DNA of 63,796 nt, the filler included, from Saprolegnia diclina VS20 (taxonomy: Eukaryota): assembly GCF_000281045.1 (NCBI RefSeq). It is 6 parts of 3 records of this genome, joined end to end, with 100 filler letters (N's around TTAATTAATTAA, not from the genome) between each part and the next. Parts side by side here need not be neighbours in the genome. Positions count along the whole stretch, not along the records: positions 60,799 to 62,270 come from NW_008246118.1; positions 62,371 to 63,796 come from NW_008246118.1; 4 more parts are not named here. One strand, 5' to 3'. The notes under the pieces were generated by a model. That model was not told the origin of the DNA and made no database searches. It worked only from the letters and a program-made list of their open reading frames with translations. Within the stretch, counting starts at the first letter, position 1, and the number at the start of each line of letters is the position of its first letter. A program made the position numbers and the translations under genes. This document shows, piece by piece, positions 60,799 to 63,796 of this stretch.

Positions 60799-62270
60799 GG
60801 TTCATCGATGGGTGCGTCGGTCGGCTTGTCCGTGGGAATCTCAGTCGACTCATCGGTGGGGGCCTGCGTCGGCTCATCGATGGCAGCCTCCGTCGGCTCG
60901 TCAGTGGGAAGCTCAGTAGACTCAACGGCGGGTGCATCAGTCGGCTCATCGATGGCAGCCTCTGTCGGCTCGTCTGTGGGAAGCTCGGTGGACTCGTCGG
61001 CGGGAGCATCAGTTTCATCTGTAGGTGCGTCTGTGGGGGCTTCGGTGGGTGCGTCGGTGGGAAGCTCAGTAGACTCATCGGTGTTAGCATCAGTCGGCGC
61101 ATCGGTGGGAGCCTCCGTCGGCTCGTCAGTGGGAAGCTCAGTAGACTCAACGGCGGGTGCATCAGTCGCTTCATCCGTTGGAGCATCTGTGGGGGCTTCG
61201 GTGGGTGCGTCAGTGGGAAGCTCGGTGGACTCAACGGCAGGGGCCTCCGTTGGTTCATCGGTTGGCTTATCGGTGGCAGCCTCCGTCGGCTCGTCCGTGG
61301 GAAGCTCGGTGGCCTCAGCGGCGGGGGCCTCCGTCGGCTCAACGGTGGGAGCGTCAGTCGGCTCATCGGTGGGAGCGTCGGTCGGCTCATTTGTGGGGGC
61401 ATCAGTCGGCTTGTCGATGGGAAACTCCGTCGGCTTGTCGATGGGAGACTCCGTCGGCTTGTCCGTGGGAAGCTCGGTGGCCTCAGCGGCGGGAGCATCT
61501 GTGGGTGCCTCGGTGGGTGCCTCGGTAGGTGCGTCGGTGGGAGCATCCGTCAGCTCATCGGTGGGGGCCTGCGTCGGCTCATCGATGGCAGCCTCTGTCG
61601 GCTCGTCCGTGGGAAGCTCGGTGGACTCGTCGGCGGGAGCATCAGTTTCATCCGTAGGCGCATCTGTGGGGGCTTCGGTGGGTGCGTTGGTGGGAAGCTC
61701 AGTAGACTCATCGGTGTTGGCATCAGTCGGCTCGTCGGTGGGAGCATCGGTGGGAGCATCGGTGCGAGCCTCCGTCGGCTCGTTAGTGGGAGCATCGGTG
61801 GGAGCCTCCGTCGGCTCGTCAGCGGGAAGCTCGGTGGACTCAACGGCGGGGGCCTCTGTCGGCTCATCGGTGGGAGCATCGGTGGGAGCCTCCGTCGGCT
61901 CGTCAGCGGGAAGCTCGGTGGACTCAACGGCGGGTGCATCAGTCGCTTCATCCGTTGGAGCATCTGTTGGGGCTTCGGTGGGTGCGTCAGTGAGAAGCTC
62001 GGTGGACTCAACGACAGGGGCCTTCGTTGGCTCATCGGTGGGAGCGTCCGTCGGCTCATTTGTGGGGACATCAGTCGGCTTGTCGATGGGAGACTCCGTC
62101 GGCTCGTCGGTGGGAAGCTCGGTGGACTCAACGGCGGGGGCCTCCGTCGGCTCATCGGTGGGAGCGTCGGTGGCAGCCTCCGTCGGCTCGTCGGTGGGAA
62201 GCTCAGTGGCCTCAGCAGCGGGAGCATCTGTGGGTGCGTCGGTGGGAGCATCCGTCAGCTCATCGGTGGG
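60799..62270 (-). CDS. internal fragment of an acidic Pro/Thr/Glu/Asp-rich mucin-like repeat protein
   Basis: The minus frame lacking ATG reads PTDELTDAPTDAPTDAPAAEATELPTDEPTEAATDAPTDEPTEAPAVESTELP...; 12-bp unit with variation at third positions; flanked by gaps. Confidence 0.8.
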
Positions 62271-63697
62271 NNNNNNNNNNNNNNNNNNNNNNNNNNNNNN
62301 NNNNNNNNNNNNNNTTAATTAATTAANNNNNNNNNNNNNNNNNNNNNNNNNNNNNNNNNNNNNNNNNNNNCTTGCCAACGCCATGGACAAACATGCCCAT
62401 ACCCTAAGCAAACGCAGCGCTTCCACGAGACCGAAAACGACCTGGCACGAGACGCAGCTTCAATGCATGCTATAGCTAAAACCTAATGTTTGCCAACTTG
62501 ATTTCTCGATTCCAACGCGACGATCTTGATTCATAGAACAAGTGGATTGTCGCGTGGTGAAGTGCATCGTGGACTGCTTTTGAGCATCGACACACACACA
62601 TCCCTTCTTGTACAAAAGAATGAGCTCGATTACTCGATTATGTATCGTTAGCAAATGGTAATCAAGGAGCGATCCAAGCGTCACAACGAGCATGAGTAGG
62701 ACAATGCCTTCAAACTTGAGGGCTCCAAACGCTTCATGACAAATTCTGTATCGATTTGCAGCTGTATGCAAGCAATAAACAGTGACTTTGTGCCCTCATT
62801 TTTATAGTCATAGTGCATCGCACTGTAGATGAAAGTGGCCATAGTGAATTACATTGGAGTGATTCGTCTTGGCGCGTTGTTCACGACAGTGGACGTAATT
62901 GTACTCTATCGTTTGAAATGCATTGAAGCATGGGTTCGGAACATTATACAAGATAGCGCTACAGAGGGGAGAATATTGTCATAATAGAAGAAAATGGAGC
63001 TCGCGCTTGGAGGCGTTTAATGACCCATATTGTATGTTATTGTATGTTGATATGAAGTCCAATCACAGGCGGTGTGTTTTTCTGCCGATGTATCGACGCA
63101 GCGGTGTAAATATGTGATCTGTGTTCATCCATGTGTGTATTGTCTGTGGCACATGTGAAGCTAGCAAGGTAGTCGTCCATGTCATGAAATATAAAAGTAG
63201 CGACCTGAAGGTATAACGGTTCGTTTTGCATGAGATTCCCCAGGATATCCTGCGTTTTATTCACCAAATGAGTGCGTTAAACACGTCAAAAACAGATTTG
63301 GGGCAGGATCCTGCGTTTTGTTACGTTAAACTCGTCCACGCGTGGTGTTGTAACTGAAACTGACCAATCACTGGTGAGTATTGCGTGATGGCACCTGCCA
63401 CCTAGATTCGCATGTTTCACCAGTACGTGCGTTTGTATGTAGCCTCTTGCCCCGCGATGACCCTCCTTACGCGACTGTCACCCATACAAGCTATATGTAT
63501 GCACCGGGCCAACTGAATCCGCAATCATCACCCGTACTACAGTTTGTATGAGGCCACCTCACTCGACGCCACCGTCTCGTGCGAGCTCACCGACGCCTAT
63601 AAGTTTAAGCTTCACGGTAACTACACATTTGTATGGTATACAAAACCAAGTACTTTCAGAGTCATAATTAATTCAGAAGTAAAACACGATACCCCGC

Positions 63698-63723
63698 GAT
63701 ACAGCCGCCGAGGCGGCTGTATC
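63698..63723. repeat. perfect GC-rich hairpin followed by GCGAGCGAAGCGAGCG
   Basis: GATACAGCCGCC-GA-GGCGGCTGTATC. Confidence 0.9.
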
Positions 63724-63796
63724 CGCGAGCGAAGCGAGCGCGTTTTTGAAAATGAAGTTTGTGATTTGAAAAAAGTAGTGTTTTGTGAGTGAAAAA

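Noticed and set aside
60808..62322. 504-aa plus-strand GASV-repeat ORF
   Set aside because: Antisense shadow of the minus-strand PTDA/PTEA repeat, whose composition and third-position variation fit a mucin.

Overview
Eukaryotic, GC-rich, intron-containing DNA. Short 44-64 nt GT-AG introns, Inr/FPR-like and CCAAT promoter motifs and the gene families point to an oomycete, probably Saprolegniales (inference). It is a draft assembly with six 100-nt gaps, five carrying an artificial TTAATTAATTAA linker, so adjacency across gaps is unproven. Left to right: an ABCB (MDR/P-gp) transporter, tRNA-Gly(GCC), then a tandem array of seven spliced genes encoding a non-canonical bZIP-like basic region plus zipper fused to a conserved C-terminal domain (possibly START/SRPBCC-like). 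A near-identical inverted ABCB copy closes the array. Next come tRNA-Gly(CCC) (twice, probably an assembly overlap), three fatty-acid-hydroxylase-superfamily genes, two inverted CK2-alpha paralogues with atypical DFG (one also with a Thr gatekeeper), a secreted/TM-anchored aldonolactone oxidase, a HAUS3-like gene, a TM kinase, a TUL1-like RING E3, a large two-repeat membrane protein and an acyl-CoA synthetase. The right end holds a papain-family protease, an ABCB pseudogene, a degenerate 2OG-Fe(II)-like gene and an acidic mucin-like repeat. Best candidate for an undescribed system: the bZIP-(START-like) array bracketed by inverted efflux pumps, a possible ligand-sensing transcription factor/efflux module. 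All calls come from reading motifs by eye; no database search was run.
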